The notes: generated from the letters alone by a model not told the origin. DNA of 64,000 nt from an uncultured Actinomycetes bacterium (GCA_963708985.1 CAVPUQ010000001.1:330405-394404), one strand, 5' to 3'. Shown: positions 45,012-54,139, counted from the stretch's first letter. Made by a program: numbers and translations.

Positions 45012-45382
45012 GGACGACGAGTGTAGGGCTCCCCGGCCGATGCAGGACGAGTGCAGAGCACCCACCCGCTCCTTCCGACGTCGTACGGTCGGATCACGAC
45101 CTTCACCCGCCGATCTTCGCCGGCCACCGCTTGGAAGGCCTTCGCGAGTCGCGTCGCAAGCTCCTGCAAGGCCTCCTTGGTGCGCTCAGGCCGTTCCCAG
45201 AGATCGACGTTGATCCTGGTCACCTCGCCATCGAACCCGTCTGGCATGAGGACCGGAACGACGTCGATCTCGTGTTCGTCGATGGCGAGCTCGGGCATGC
45301 TGGCGAGCGCGCGCCGTATGGCCTCCTCGAGATCTGCGAGTCGGTCTCCCCTCCTCAGGTTGAAGACGGTGACGGGTGGCAT
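44885..45382 (-). CDS. small alpha+beta protein, tautomerase-superfamily-like (tentative); no stop before it runs into the P450 gene
   Basis: ATG 45382 is preceded by GAAGGAGGAGGAG. MPPVTVFNLRRGDRLADLEEAIRRALASMPELAIDEHEIDVVPVLMPDGFDGEVTRINVDLWERPERTKEALQELATRLAKAFQAV..VKVVIRPYD.. has the Met-Pro start and beta-alpha-beta repeat reminiscent of 4-OT/DUF1904. As assembled, the frame continues 127 nt into the P450 gene, so the real end is probably near 45060. Confidence 0.45.
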   Translation of the reverse strand: MPPVTVFNLRRGDRLADLEEAIRRALASMPELAIDEHEIDVVPVLMPDGFDGEVTRINVDLWERPERTKEALQELATRLAKAFQAVAGEDRRVKVVIRPYDVGRSGWVLCTRPASAGEPYTRRPWRTPPCGSHPTTWGSSPTPTRSTRTSESTRRCCTTRRPTTT

Positions 45383-46215
45383 GGCTCCTCCTCCTTCAGG
45401 GTCGCTCGCGGGTACCTTCGGCTGCGTCCCAGCCGCTCGAAGGAACGTCCGCACCGCGTCGTTGAACGCCTCGGGCGCTTCGACGTTCGCCTGGTGCCCC
45501 ACCCCCGGCAGCACCACGAGCGTCGAGCCGGGGATCGCCGCGTGCATCCGCTCGGCGACGTCCCTCGGCGAACGCGCGTCCTCCTCGCCGTACAGCAGCA
45601 GGGTCGGGACCGAGATCGTCGGCAGGACGTCGCGCAGGTCCGCCTCGGCCATCGCGCGGAGCATCGGCCGGAGTCCCGCCGGCCGCGAGTCGGCCATGAT
45701 CGCCTCCAGCTCGGCGGTCATCTCGGCGGGTGCCCGCTCGGTCAGCAGCGTGGGGATGTACTCGTGCACCCACTCGCGGGCCGGGCGCTCGATCTGCTCC
45801 AGGAGCCGCTCCAGACGGTGGGCGACCTCCTCGGGCGGGAGCGAGCCGGCCCAGCCCGCGTACGCCGCGGTCAGCACGAGGCTCCGCGGGATCTCGGGCC
45901 GGCGCCGGTAGAGCTCGAGCGCGAGCGTCGAGCCCCACGAGAGCCCGAGGACGTGCGGCCGGTCGAGCTCGAGGGCCTCGATCAGGCCGGCCAGGCGGTC
46001 GGCGTAGTCGGCCATCCGGAACGTCTCGGGAGGGTCCGAGGACGCCCCGCATCCCGGTGCGTCCCACGCGACGACGGTGAACCCGTCGGACAGCCCGTCG
46101 AGCTGGCGGCTCCACTCGCGATGGTCGCTCATCCCGCCGTGGACGAGCACGAGCGGCGGACCGTCTCCCGGCGCTCGTACGCGATCGTCAGCCCGCCGAC
46201 GTCGACCCGGTCCAC
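45383..46215 (-). pseudogene. alpha/beta hydrolase; N-terminal frame break (~46165) and no stop before the next gene
   Basis: GTG 46215 gives VDRVDVGGLTIAYER, then shifts to GDGPPLVLVHGGMSDHREW...GLSWGSTLA (nucleophile elbow)...GHQANVE (ORF 44885..46150). It is in frame with the downstream small gene with no intervening stop. Confidence 0.8.
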
Positions 46216-46654
46216 CGGGGGAGCCTAGACGAGGAGCCGGGACTCCGATCGTGTGTCACCGAGCTGTGCGTCTCCATCACCCTTATCTACGCCTGGGTGC
46301 CGCTCTTCGCTTACACGGGCTCGTCGTCCGCTCCATGTCCGCCGCCTGCGGTGTCGGTGGCTCGGAGCTCGAGGCCGAGCTCACGCACCACGAAGCCGAG
46401 CTCGGCATGCCGTCAGCGGCTTCCGTCGGGACGTGCCGGGGCGGGCCGGGCCTCGAGATCCTCGAGGAAACCGCGCTCGGGTGGGTCATGGCCACGAGGC
46501 GTGGAAGCTCGTGGCCAGGGACTATGACCCGCTGATCTGCCATGCCACCTGGGCACGTCCGGACGCTTGACGACTACTGGACTTCACGAGCCTCCACGGC
46601 CGATCGGCGGAGCCCGCTACGCGGACAGCGACCTGAAGGGGGAGCGCCGGAGCA

Positions 46655-47327
46655 TCATGGTGCCCGTGTTCTGATCCCGTCCAACGCGTCGAGAACCAGG
46701 TCCAGACCGAACTCGAACTCACTGTCGATGTTGTAGCCCGAGGCGACCGCCTCGGCGGCGACCTCGGCGAGGTGGGGGTAGTCGCCGATGTCGGGCTGGT
46801 CGAGCAGCTGCCCGGCCGACGGCGCCGTCTGCTCAGATGTTCCGATGGGCAGGCTGATCTCCTGGATGACGTGCCCATATACGTAGCTGTCGAGCAGCCA
46901 GAAGGCGTGGGTGGCCATCTCCACCGAGAAGCCGCCGTCGCGCAGGGTGGCGAGCACCGCCTCCACGTACCGCAGGGTGGCCGGCCCGGCACTGCCCCGC
47001 GACTCCATCAGCCCGATCGCCCAGGGGTGGCGCTTCAGCACCCGTCGCGCCGAGATGGCGCGCTGCCTCATCGCCGTCCTCCACTCGGACCCGGGGGCAG
47101 GGATCTCGATCTCACCCACCACCAGCTCCGCGATCCCATCGAGGATCTCGTCCTTGTTGGCCACGTGCTTGTAGAGGGCCATCGCCTCGACGCCGAGCTT
47201 GCCGCCGAGGCGCCGCATGGTGAGGGAATCGACACCGTGCCGGTCGGCGAGGGCGATCGCGGCGCGGAGCACCCGCTCCCGGGTGAGGGGCTTCCGGCGT
47301 CGCGTGCTCGTCGGACTCTCGGGCCAT
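46655..47327 (-). pseudogene. TetR/AcrR family transcriptional regulator; frame break within the first ~12 codons
   Basis: ATG 47327 (MARESDEHAT..) is in a different frame from the body ..RRKPLTRERVLRAAIALADRHGVDSLTMRRLGGKLGVEAMALYKHVANKDEILD.. (ORF 46655..48454). The junction is near ACGCCGGAAG. Confidence 0.85.
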
Positions 47328-47338
47328 CTCGGTTGGCA

Positions 47339-47373
47339 GTTTACTAAGTATCCCGTACGATTACTTAGTAAAC
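47339..47373. promoter_or_regulatory. perfect 12-bp inverted repeat GTTTACTAAGTA-N11-TACTTAGTAAAC, candidate TetR operator
   Basis: Read directly in the 62-nt divergent intergenic region between the TetR gene (ATG 47327) and the membrane-protein gene (ATG 47390). AT-rich against the GC-rich background. Confidence 0.6.
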
Positions 47374-47389
47374 CGAGGAGGAGGGGAGC

Positions 47390-47851
47390 ATGGCCACGAG
47401 GACCGATCGGCGGACCGAGCGGGCACCCATGACCGCCGGGACGCAGCTCGAACCGTTCCCGGTGAACGTGAGGGTCAAGATCTCGGCGCTCTGGGCGTCG
47501 ATGATGTTCGTCTTCGCGTACGTCGACCTGTTCAGCTTCTACCGAGCCGACGTCCGGGCCGACATCGCGGCCGGCGAGATCGGCGGGTTCACCATCAACC
47601 AGTCGTTCCTGCTGGGGACCACGGCCTACGTCGTCATCCCGGCGCTGATGGTGTTCGGCGCGCTCGTCCTGCGACCGCGGATCAACCGGGTCGTGAACAT
47701 CGCGCTGAGCGTCGTCTATGCGCTCACCATCGTCGGTGGTGCGATCGGCGAGTGGAACTACTACCTCCTGGGCAGCGCCATCGAGGTCGTGCTGCTCGCG
47801 GCCGTCGCCTACTACGCGTGGACCTGGCCGAAGGAAGCTGGCTCCTCGTGA
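47390..47851 (+). CDS. small 4-TM membrane protein (DUF6326-like)
   Basis: ..VRVKISALWASMMFVFAYVDLFSFYR.. The strong RBS GAGGAGGAGGGGAG precedes it. Divergent from the TetR gene. Confidence 0.8.
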   Translation: MATRTDRRTERAPMTAGTQLEPFPVNVRVKISALWASMMFVFAYVDLFSFYRADVRADIAAGEIGGFTINQSFLLGTTAYVVIPALMVFGALVLRPRINRVVNIALSVVYALTIVGGAIGEWNYYLLGSAIEVVLLAAVAYYAWTWPKEAGSS

Positions 47852-47901
47852 GCTGACCCGCCGCACCTCCCGCGCGAGAGGCGCGCGAGGGTCGACCCCG
47901 G

Positions 47902-48324
47902 TCAGGTCATGAGGCGCTTGGCCTCGGTGATCAGATCCGATAGCTGCTGGAGATCGACGTCGTCGATCGACTTGAAGCTGATGCTGCTCTTCCCGACCTT
48001 GACCTTCCCGAGCCTCTTGGCGTACCTCTCGGCCAGGTACGCGCGACCGTCGGTGGCGTTGACGTACACGCTGATGTAGTTCCGCTGGACGGCGAGCCCG
48101 ACGATGAACCACTCGACCGTCTCCCCGTTCGACTTCGTGTAGCTGTAGTCGCCGTAGCCGATGATCTGCTGGTCGCTGCCACCCCAGAGCCGGCCCTCCC
48201 ACATCGTCTTGGGTTGGCCGGCCATGAGGTCGGTGATCAGCGCGTCGAGCCGCTCGATGTCCTCTCGCCGCTCGGCGGGGAGTGAGGCGATGTGTTCGGC
48301 GGGTGACCGGTTCGTCTTCTCCAT
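47902..48324 (-). CDS. DUF1801 (YdhG-like) domain protein
   Basis: The last 140 aa of ORF 47902..48891: MEKTNRSPAEHIASLPAERREDIERLDALI...IIGYGDYSYTKSNGETVEWFIVGLAVQRNYISVYV... Confidence 0.85.
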   Translation of the reverse strand: MEKTNRSPAEHIASLPAERREDIERLDALITDLMAGQPKTMWEGRLWGGSDQQIIGYGDYSYTKSNGETVEWFIVGLAVQRNYISVYVNATDGRAYLAERYAKRLGKVKVGKSSISFKSIDDVDLQQLSDLITEAKRLMT

Positions 48325-48492
48325 GGCCGTCCTCGTCCGTCGGCGGGGTCCGTCGACGAAGGAACCTACCCCCTTCTCGACGCGTGCGGTTCGCGTCGAT
48401 GAACCGGGTCGGGGCTGCGAAGACAAGCCCTCCAGCCGGAGCCCTTCGGTACACTTCCGCGGACCCGAAACCCCTGGTGAGGACTGATATCC

Positions 48493-50081
48493 ATGCCGCG
48501 AGTGCTGCTGATCGGATGGGATGGCGCCGACTGGCGCATCCTCGACCCCCTGCTCGAGCGGGGTGACCTGCCGAACCTCCAGGCCCTGATCGATCGAGGG
48601 CAGAAGGCGGTCCTGCGCTCGACCGTGCCGACCCACTCGTGGGCGGCGTGGCCGTCGTTCCTGACGGGGGTCGATCCGGCGGATCACGGGGTCTACGACA
48701 TCCTCGAGACCGTGCCGGGGACCCACAAGCAGTACCCGGTCACGTACAAGTCGATCGGGGAGCGGACGTTCGTCGAGGACCTCTCGGCGGCCGGCAAGGT
48801 CGGGGTCTACGCCGACGTGCCGCTGATGTTCCCGCCGCCGGACATCGACGGGGAAGATCCTCGCGGGCGGCGTGCTGCCGAAGGGGCGCACCTACTCGCA
48901 GCCGGCGGACCTGCCCGAGACGCTCGAGAAGGCGGGCGTGCCGTGGGTCATCAACGGCATGTCGTGGACCACCTACCGCAACCGGCCCGAGCCGTACCTG
49001 GCCGAGGCGCTCGAGATCACGGGCAAGCGGATCAAGCGCGTCCGAGTGGCTGATGGACAACACCGACTGGGACCTGATGGCCTCGGTGTGGGTCTCGGTC
49101 GACCGGACGCAGCACGCGCTGTCGAACTACGTCGGGCCGGATCACCCGGACTACGCGAAGAACTCGAAGACGGCGCTCGGCGCGAAGGTGCGCGACGTCT
49201 ACAAGCAGCTCGACGACGCGATCGGCTCGTTCGTCTCGCGCACGCGCTCAGACGACCTCGTGCTGTTCATCAGCGACCACGGGTTCCAGTCGGTCACGCG
49301 CACGATCCACATGGACCACCTGCTGAAGTCGTTCGGCTACCTCGAGTTCAGCGCCTCGAACGTGGTCTTCGGGCCGATGCAGTGGGGGTGGGTGCGCAAC
49401 GTCGCGCGCAAGGCGTACGACATGCTCGGCCTGCACGGGAAGGTCTCGCTCCCGCAGTCGGTGAACTGGTCCAAGACGAAGGCGTTCACGACGATCCGCT
49501 CGACGGGCGAGGGCGTCTCGATCAACCTCGCCGGTCGCGAGCCCGACGGCATCGTCGACCCCGCCGACTTCGAGAAGGTGCGCGACGACGTCATGGACCG
49601 GCTCGCGAGCTTCGTGGATCCGAAGACCGGCAAGAAGCCGGTGAAGGCGATCTACAAGCGCGAGGAGATCTTCAAGGGCAAGCACGCCGACACGGCGCCC
49701 GACATCCTCATGGAGCCGGCCGAGCTCTACTCGCTCACGCACGCGAAGACCGCGCTCGAGGACGCCGACTGGATCAGCGGTGACCACCGGCCCGAGGGCG
49801 TGATCGTCGCGGCCGGGCCGAACGTGAAGGCGTTCGAGACCGAGCCGTTCCTCATCGACATGGCGCCGACGATCCTGGCCGCGCTCGACGCGCCCGCGAC
49901 GGTCAAGCACACCGGCCGCGTGCTGCACGAGCTCGTCGGCTCGGCCGAGGTGAGGCAGGCCGAGGCGCCGGCGGTCACGATCCCCGGGTTGACCGGGCCG
50001 ATCGACGAGGACTCGACGGTGAGCGACACGGAGGCCGACGAGATGGAGGAGCACCTCCGCGGCCTCGGCTACCTCGAGTAG
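48493..50081 (+). pseudogene. alkaline phosphatase family protein (type I phosphodiesterase / nucleotide pyrophosphatase); 2 frame breaks (~48860, ~49045)
   Basis: MPRVLLIGWDGADWRILDPLLERGDLPNL...PTHSWAAWPSFLTG (ORF 48493..), the middle ..ILAGGVLPKGRTYSQPADL...EITGKRIK (ORF 48872..), and the rest ..WLMDNTDWDLMASVWVSVDRTQH...FISDHGF... to 50081 (ORF 48639..). Confidence 0.85.
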
Positions 50082-50186
50082 GACGGGCGCGCGAGCCCGC
50101 GCGGCGTCTCCGGTACCGATATCGGCATGAGGCGGACGGCGCTCGGCTCGATGCGCACCTCGACCGTCACGCGAGCTGACCGATCG

Positions 50187-50654
50187 CTAGCCGGCCGCGC
50201 CGTTCGCCGCGTCCTCCAGGCCCTTGATGTCGATCTTTGCGCATCTGCAGCATCGCCTGCATGGCGCGCTGGGAGCGCTCCGGGTCGGGGTCGCTGAGCA
50301 GCTCGCCCAGCCGGTCGGGGATGATCTGCCAGCTCAGGCCGAACCGGTCCTTGAGCCAGCCGCACTGTCCCTCCTCCCCGCCGTCGCGGTGAGCTGCGAC
50401 CAGAGCCGGTCGACCTCGTCCTGGTCCTTGCAGCGCACGAAGAACGAGACGGCCTCGGTGAACGGGTACTGCGGCCCGCCGTTCAGGGCCATGAACTCGA
50501 GGCCCGCGAGCGTGAAGACGCACCCACTGCGCCTTGCCGCCGGCGACCGGGCGTGACGTTCGTCACCTCCGAGTCCTCGAAGAGCGAGACGTAGAGGTTC
50601 GCCGCCTCTTCTGCCTGGCCGTCGAACCACAGGAACGGGCGTGATCCTCTGCAT
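50187..50654 (-). pseudogene. VOC/PhnB-like (3-demethylubiquinone-9 3-methyltransferase domain family) protein; at least 3 frame breaks
   Basis: ATG 50654 (MQRITP..) follows GGAGGAG. The conserved blocks ..[43 protein letters not shown].. / ..[49 protein letters not shown] / [15 protein letters not shown] lie in different frames. Confidence 0.75.
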
Positions 50655-50681
50655 GCGCTGCTCCTCCTTCTGTCGTGAGTG

Positions 50682-51167
50682 TCAGCCGTTCGCGACGAGC
50701 TTGGCGAGCAGCTCGTCGAGGCGCTCGTAACCCTCGTTCATGCCGTCGGCCATGCCCGACTCGCACCATCGCGTCGCGGGCCTCGACCGACTGGAACACC
50801 GAGTTGGTGCGGACGGTGGTGCTGCCCGTCGTGCTCCTCGAAGGTGACGGTGTCCATCGAGACGTGGCCGGGCGCGCCCTCGAACTCGAAGGTCTGCACG
50901 ATGCCGTCGGGCGACGGCTCTCCGTGGAAGACGCCGTGGAAGCCGAACGCGTTGCCGGCGTCGTCGGCGTGGACGTAGCGCCAGGTGCCGCCGTCACGGA
51001 GGTCGAACCGCTCGATCGTCATCGTGTACTGCCGCGGCCCGAGCCACTGCACGAGCAGGTCCGGCTCGGTGAAGGCGCGGTACGACGAGCTCGCGCGGCG
51101 CGTCGAGCGCTCGGGCGGTCAGGACCTGCGGCACTCCGGGCTCGGCGGTGATCTGCATCTCGGTCAT
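50682..51167 (-). pseudogene. SRPBCC (AHSA1 / activator of Hsp90 ATPase-like) protein; at least 3 frame breaks
   Basis: MTEMQITAEPGVPQVLT.. (ORF 50994..51293 from M43) / ..VQWLGPRQYTMTIERFDLRDGGTWRYVHADDAGNAFGFHGVFHGEPSPDGIVQTFEFEGAPGHVSMDTVTFEEHDG (ORF 50738..51052) / ..TTVRTNSVFQSVEARDAMV (ORF 50563..) / ..GMNEGYERLDELLAKLVANG* in a further frame. Confidence 0.8.
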
Positions 51168-51538
51168 GACCTGCTCCTTCCGGTTGGATCGCCTGGCTGC
51201 GATCGATCGGTCTCTTGGCGCTGCAGGGCCGCGAGCAGCTCGTCGAGTCGCTCGTAGCTCTCTTCCCAGAACTCCCGGTATCCGGCGAGCCACACCGTCG
51301 CCTCGCGGAGCGGTTCGGCCCGCAGGTGGCTGAGGCGAGCGGTGGCCCGACGGCTGCGGGAGATCAGCCCGGCGCGCTCGAGCACCTTGAGGTGCCGCGA
51401 GATCGCCGGCTGCGACACGCTGAACGGAGCGGCCAGCTCGGCGACGGTTGCCTCACCCTGGGTCAGCCGCGACAGGATCGCGCGCCGGGTGGGATCCGCG
51501 AGCGCCCCGAACACCGTGTCGAGCTGATCGACCGCCAT
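51164..51538 (-). CDS. ArsR/SmtB family transcriptional regulator
   Basis: ..VFGALADPTRRAILSRLTQGEATVAELAAPFSVSQPAISRHLKVLERAGLI... The stop overlaps the SRPBCC start (ATGA). Confidence 0.9.
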   Translation of the reverse strand: MAVDQLDTVFGALADPTRRAILSRLTQGEATVAELAAPFSVSQPAISRHLKVLERAGLISRSRRATARLSHLRAEPLREATVWLAGYREFWEESYERLDELLAALQRQETDRSQPGDPTGRSRS

Positions 51539-51539
51539 C

Positions 51540-51573
51540 TATAACCTTACGCTTATGGAATCGGTTGGTTATA
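51540..51573. promoter_or_regulatory. inverted repeat TATAACC-N20-GGTTATA in an AT-rich divergent promoter region (candidate ArsR operator)
   Basis: Read directly, immediately upstream of the ArsR ATG (51538) and about 40 nt upstream of the amine oxidase ATG (51613). Confidence 0.35.
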
Positions 51574-51612
51574 CATGACGCCGGGGCGGATCGTCAAGCG
51601 TAGCCTTCCCCC

Positions 51613-53214
51613 ATGCAGCCGGGACGGCAGCCACCGCTCGCCGATGCCTGGACCCGGCGCGACTTCCTGCGGGCGGGCGGGGTGCTCGGGGCCGGTCTCG
51701 CTCTCGCCGCGTGCACGGGAGGCTCGAAGGGAGGGCGTACATCCACCCCGCCGCCCTCGGCCCCGCCGTCGGCGAGCGGAGCGCGCGTCGTCGTCGTCGG
51801 CGCCGGTCTCGCCGGCCTGACGGCCGCCTACCGCCTGGCGCAGGCCGGCGTGGACGTCAAGCTCTTCGAGTCGCGGGACCGGGTCGGAGGCCGGTGCTGG
51901 ACCGCTCGCGGGTTCACCGACGGCCAGATCGCGGAGCATGGCGGCGAGTTCATCGACACCCGGCACGTCCACCTGCTCGGTTTGATCGACGAGCTCGGCC
52001 TGCAGGTCGATGACCTGTGGAAGGGGTGGGTCTCCGGCTCGATCTGGCCGAACTGGGTCGACGGCAGCATCGTCACCGCCGCGGAGATCAAGGAGCAGGT
52101 CGGTCCGATCGCCGACGCCGTCGAGCGGGAGGCGCGCCGGATCGGCGTGATCGCCGAGGGCAGCAAGCCCTCGGCCGCAGCCATCTCGTACGGAACGGCC
52201 ACCCCGGCCGCGGTCGAGCTCGACCGCATGACGATGGCGGAGTGGCTCGACAGGCGCGTGCCCGGCGTGCTGGGCTCGCCGCTCGGCTCGTACCTCGACT
52301 GCCAGATGTCCGGCTGGTACGGGCTCGAGATGGACCAGCTCTCCGCGTGCGCCTGGATGGACTACTTCGTGATCCCGGCCCCTGGGGCGGACGAGCGCTG
52401 GCACGTGCGCGGGGGCAACGACCAGGTGACCACCCTCCTCGCCGAGCGGCTGCCCGCCGGGACCCTGGAGCTCGAGGCGCCGCTGGAGGCGATGCGCGTG
52501 AGGAGCGACGGCTCGCACGAGCTGCGGTTCGGAGGTCTCGGTTCGCCGATCGCGGCCGACTTCGTCATCCTCGCGCTCCCGTTCACGACGCTGCGGCTCG
52601 CGGACCTCGCGGAGGCGGGGTTCTCCGCGGAGCGGACGTCCGCGATCATGGGTCTCGGCATGGGGATGGACGTGAAGCTCCTCGTCCAGTACGACCGCCG
52701 TCCCTCGACCTTCCGCGTCGAGGGGCGACCGTGGAGCGGGGGGATGGAACACACGGATCCGCACTTCGAGACGTGGGAGAGCTCTGCGGCGCAGTCGGGC
52801 TCGTCGGGGCTCGTGACGGTGTACGCGGGGGGGCGGACCGGATCCAGCTGGACGGCCGACGAACCGCACGCCGTCGCTCCGGACGCGTTCGCCGCCGAGT
52901 ACGTCGGTCGCATCGACGAGGTCGTGTCGGGAACGGCCGAGCGCTTCAACGGGCCGGCGTGGCTCGACCTGTGGACGCGGGACCCGTGGACGAACGGCGC
53001 CTACGCCGCCTTCCTGCCGGGGCAGTACACGCGGCTCTGGGGCTACATGGGACGTCCGGAGGGACGGGTGCACTTCGCGGGCGAGCACACGTCCACGTAC
53101 AGTCAGGGATACCTGAACGGCGGGGTCGAGACCGGCCAGCGCGCCGCCATCGACGTCATGCGCGCCCTCCGGCTCGAGGTCCCCGCCGCGATCGCCGACC
53201 TGCCGTACTCCTAG
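51613..53214 (+). CDS. flavin monoamine oxidase family protein, Tat-exported lipoprotein-like
   Basis: Twin-arginine signal TRRDFLRAGGVLGAGLALAAC, the FAD motif VVVVGAGLAGLTAAYRL...ESRDRVGGRC, and C-terminal FAGEHTS. 533-aa intact ORF. Confidence 0.9.
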   Translation: MQPGRQPPLADAWTRRDFLRAGGVLGAGLALAACTGGSKGGRTSTPPPSAPPSASGARVVVVGAGLAGLTAAYRLAQAGVDVKLFESRDRVGGRCWTARGFTDGQIAEHGGEFIDTRHVHLLGLIDELGLQVDDLWKGWVSGSIWPNWVDGSIVTAAEIKEQVGPIADAVEREARRIGVIAEGSKPSAAAISYGTATPAAVELDRMTMAEWLDRRVPGVLGSPLGSYLDCQMSGWYGLEMDQLSACAWMDYFVIPAPGADERWHVRGGNDQVTTLLAERLPAGTLELEAPLEAMRVRSDGSHELRFGGLGSPIAADFVILALPFTTLRLADLAEAGFSAERTSAIMGLGMGMDVKLLVQYDRRPSTFRVEGRPWSGGMEHTDPHFETWESSAAQSGSSGLVTVYAGGRTGSSWTADEPHAVAPDAFAAEYVGRIDEVVSGTAERFNGPAWLDLWTRDPWTNGAYAAFLPGQYTRLWGYMGRPEGRVHFAGEHTSTYSQGYLNGGVETGQRAAIDVMRALRLEVPAAIADLPYS

Positions 53215-53276
53215 CGCGCCGAGCACGACGAAGGGCGGCGTCGCCGCCGCCCTCCGCACGTGTCTCGTTGCCGAGC

Positions 53277-54050
53277 TCAGGACGCCCGGACGATCACCTT
53301 GGCCGCGCGGATCGTCCCGTTGGCCCGCATCGTGCCGAACACGCGGACGTCCGAGCCCTTCGAGAGGAGCCGCTCGCGCACGATCTTGGTCGAGGCGAGC
53401 ACCCGCACATCGTGGCGGCTGACGTTCCACCTGCCGAGGTGGTCGCCGCGCGGGAACGCCCGCGCGATGCCGGTCAGGGTCGTCGAGTCCTCATCGATGT
53501 CCTCGGCGTCCTTGACCTCGACCTTCGTCGCCGTGATCGAGCCGTCGGCCTCGGCCAGACCCTCGACCTCGACCGCCGCGCCGACGGCGACCGCGCCGTC
53601 ATCCTGCTCGATCTCGGTCTCGGTCGTGACGTGGACCGTCGTCCCGCTCACGGTCCAGTCGCCGACGAAGTCGGTCGTCGCGGGGAGCACCTCGACGAAG
53701 CCCTCGAAGTGCATCTCGCCGTAGTCGTCGTCGTCGGCGTCCTCGGTGCCCTCGATCTCGGTCGCGGTGAACGTGCCGTCGGCCTCGGCCGTGCCGTGGA
53801 CCTCGACGCTCGCGCCGACCGCGATCGTCGCGAGGCTGTCGTCGATCTCCGTGTCGGCCGTCACGTGGACCGTCGTCCCGCTCACGGTCCAATCGCCGAC
53901 GAGATCGGGCGACGCTGGCAGGCTCTCGATCACGCCGTAGAGCTCGTCCTGGTCGTCGGTTCCGTCGTCGCTCGCGAGGGCCGTCGAGGCCGGCGCGAAC
54001 GCCGCGAGCATGCTCACGATCGCGAGCAGCCCGATGGTCTTGCGCTTCAT
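53277..54050 (-). CDS. secreted DUF5666-type repeat protein
   Basis: From M14 of ORF 53277..54089: a signal peptide, then three repeats of about 75 aa containing (F/L)VGDWTVSGTTVHVT..TEI...GA.VEV.G.AEADG..TAT..E, separated by acidic linkers. Confidence 0.8.
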   Translation of the reverse strand: MKRKTIGLLAIVSMLAAFAPASTALASDDGTDDQDELYGVIESLPASPDLVGDWTVSGTTVHVTADTEIDDSLATIAVGASVEVHGTAEADGTFTATEIEGTEDADDDDYGEMHFEGFVEVLPATTDFVGDWTVSGTTVHVTTETEIEQDDGAVAVGAAVEVEGLAEADGSITATKVEVKDAEDIDEDSTTLTGIARAFPRGDHLGRWNVSRHDVRVLASTKIVRERLLSKGSDVRVFGTMRANGTIRAAKVIVRAS

Positions 54051-54139
54051 CGCATCCCTCCTCCTCCTTGGGCTCGACCAGGTGACCACATCGGGGGTTA
54101 TCGGCAGGACCCGCCTGGGTTAAGGAGAGGCTAAGGAAC

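Noticed and set aside
44885-46150. The 421-aa ORF as a hydrolase-tautomerase fusion protein
   Set aside because: A very strong SD plus ATG sits at the domain boundary (45382), and the ORF tail runs into the P450 gene. Two separate genes with lost or unresolved stops are more likely.
50087-50125. The GC hairpin CGCGCG-AGCC-CGCGCG and the palindrome CCGATATCGG between the convergent phosphodiesterase and VOC genes, as terminators
   Set aside because: The stems are short, there is no U-tract, and such palindromes arise easily in GC-rich DNA. The support is not enough to list them as features.
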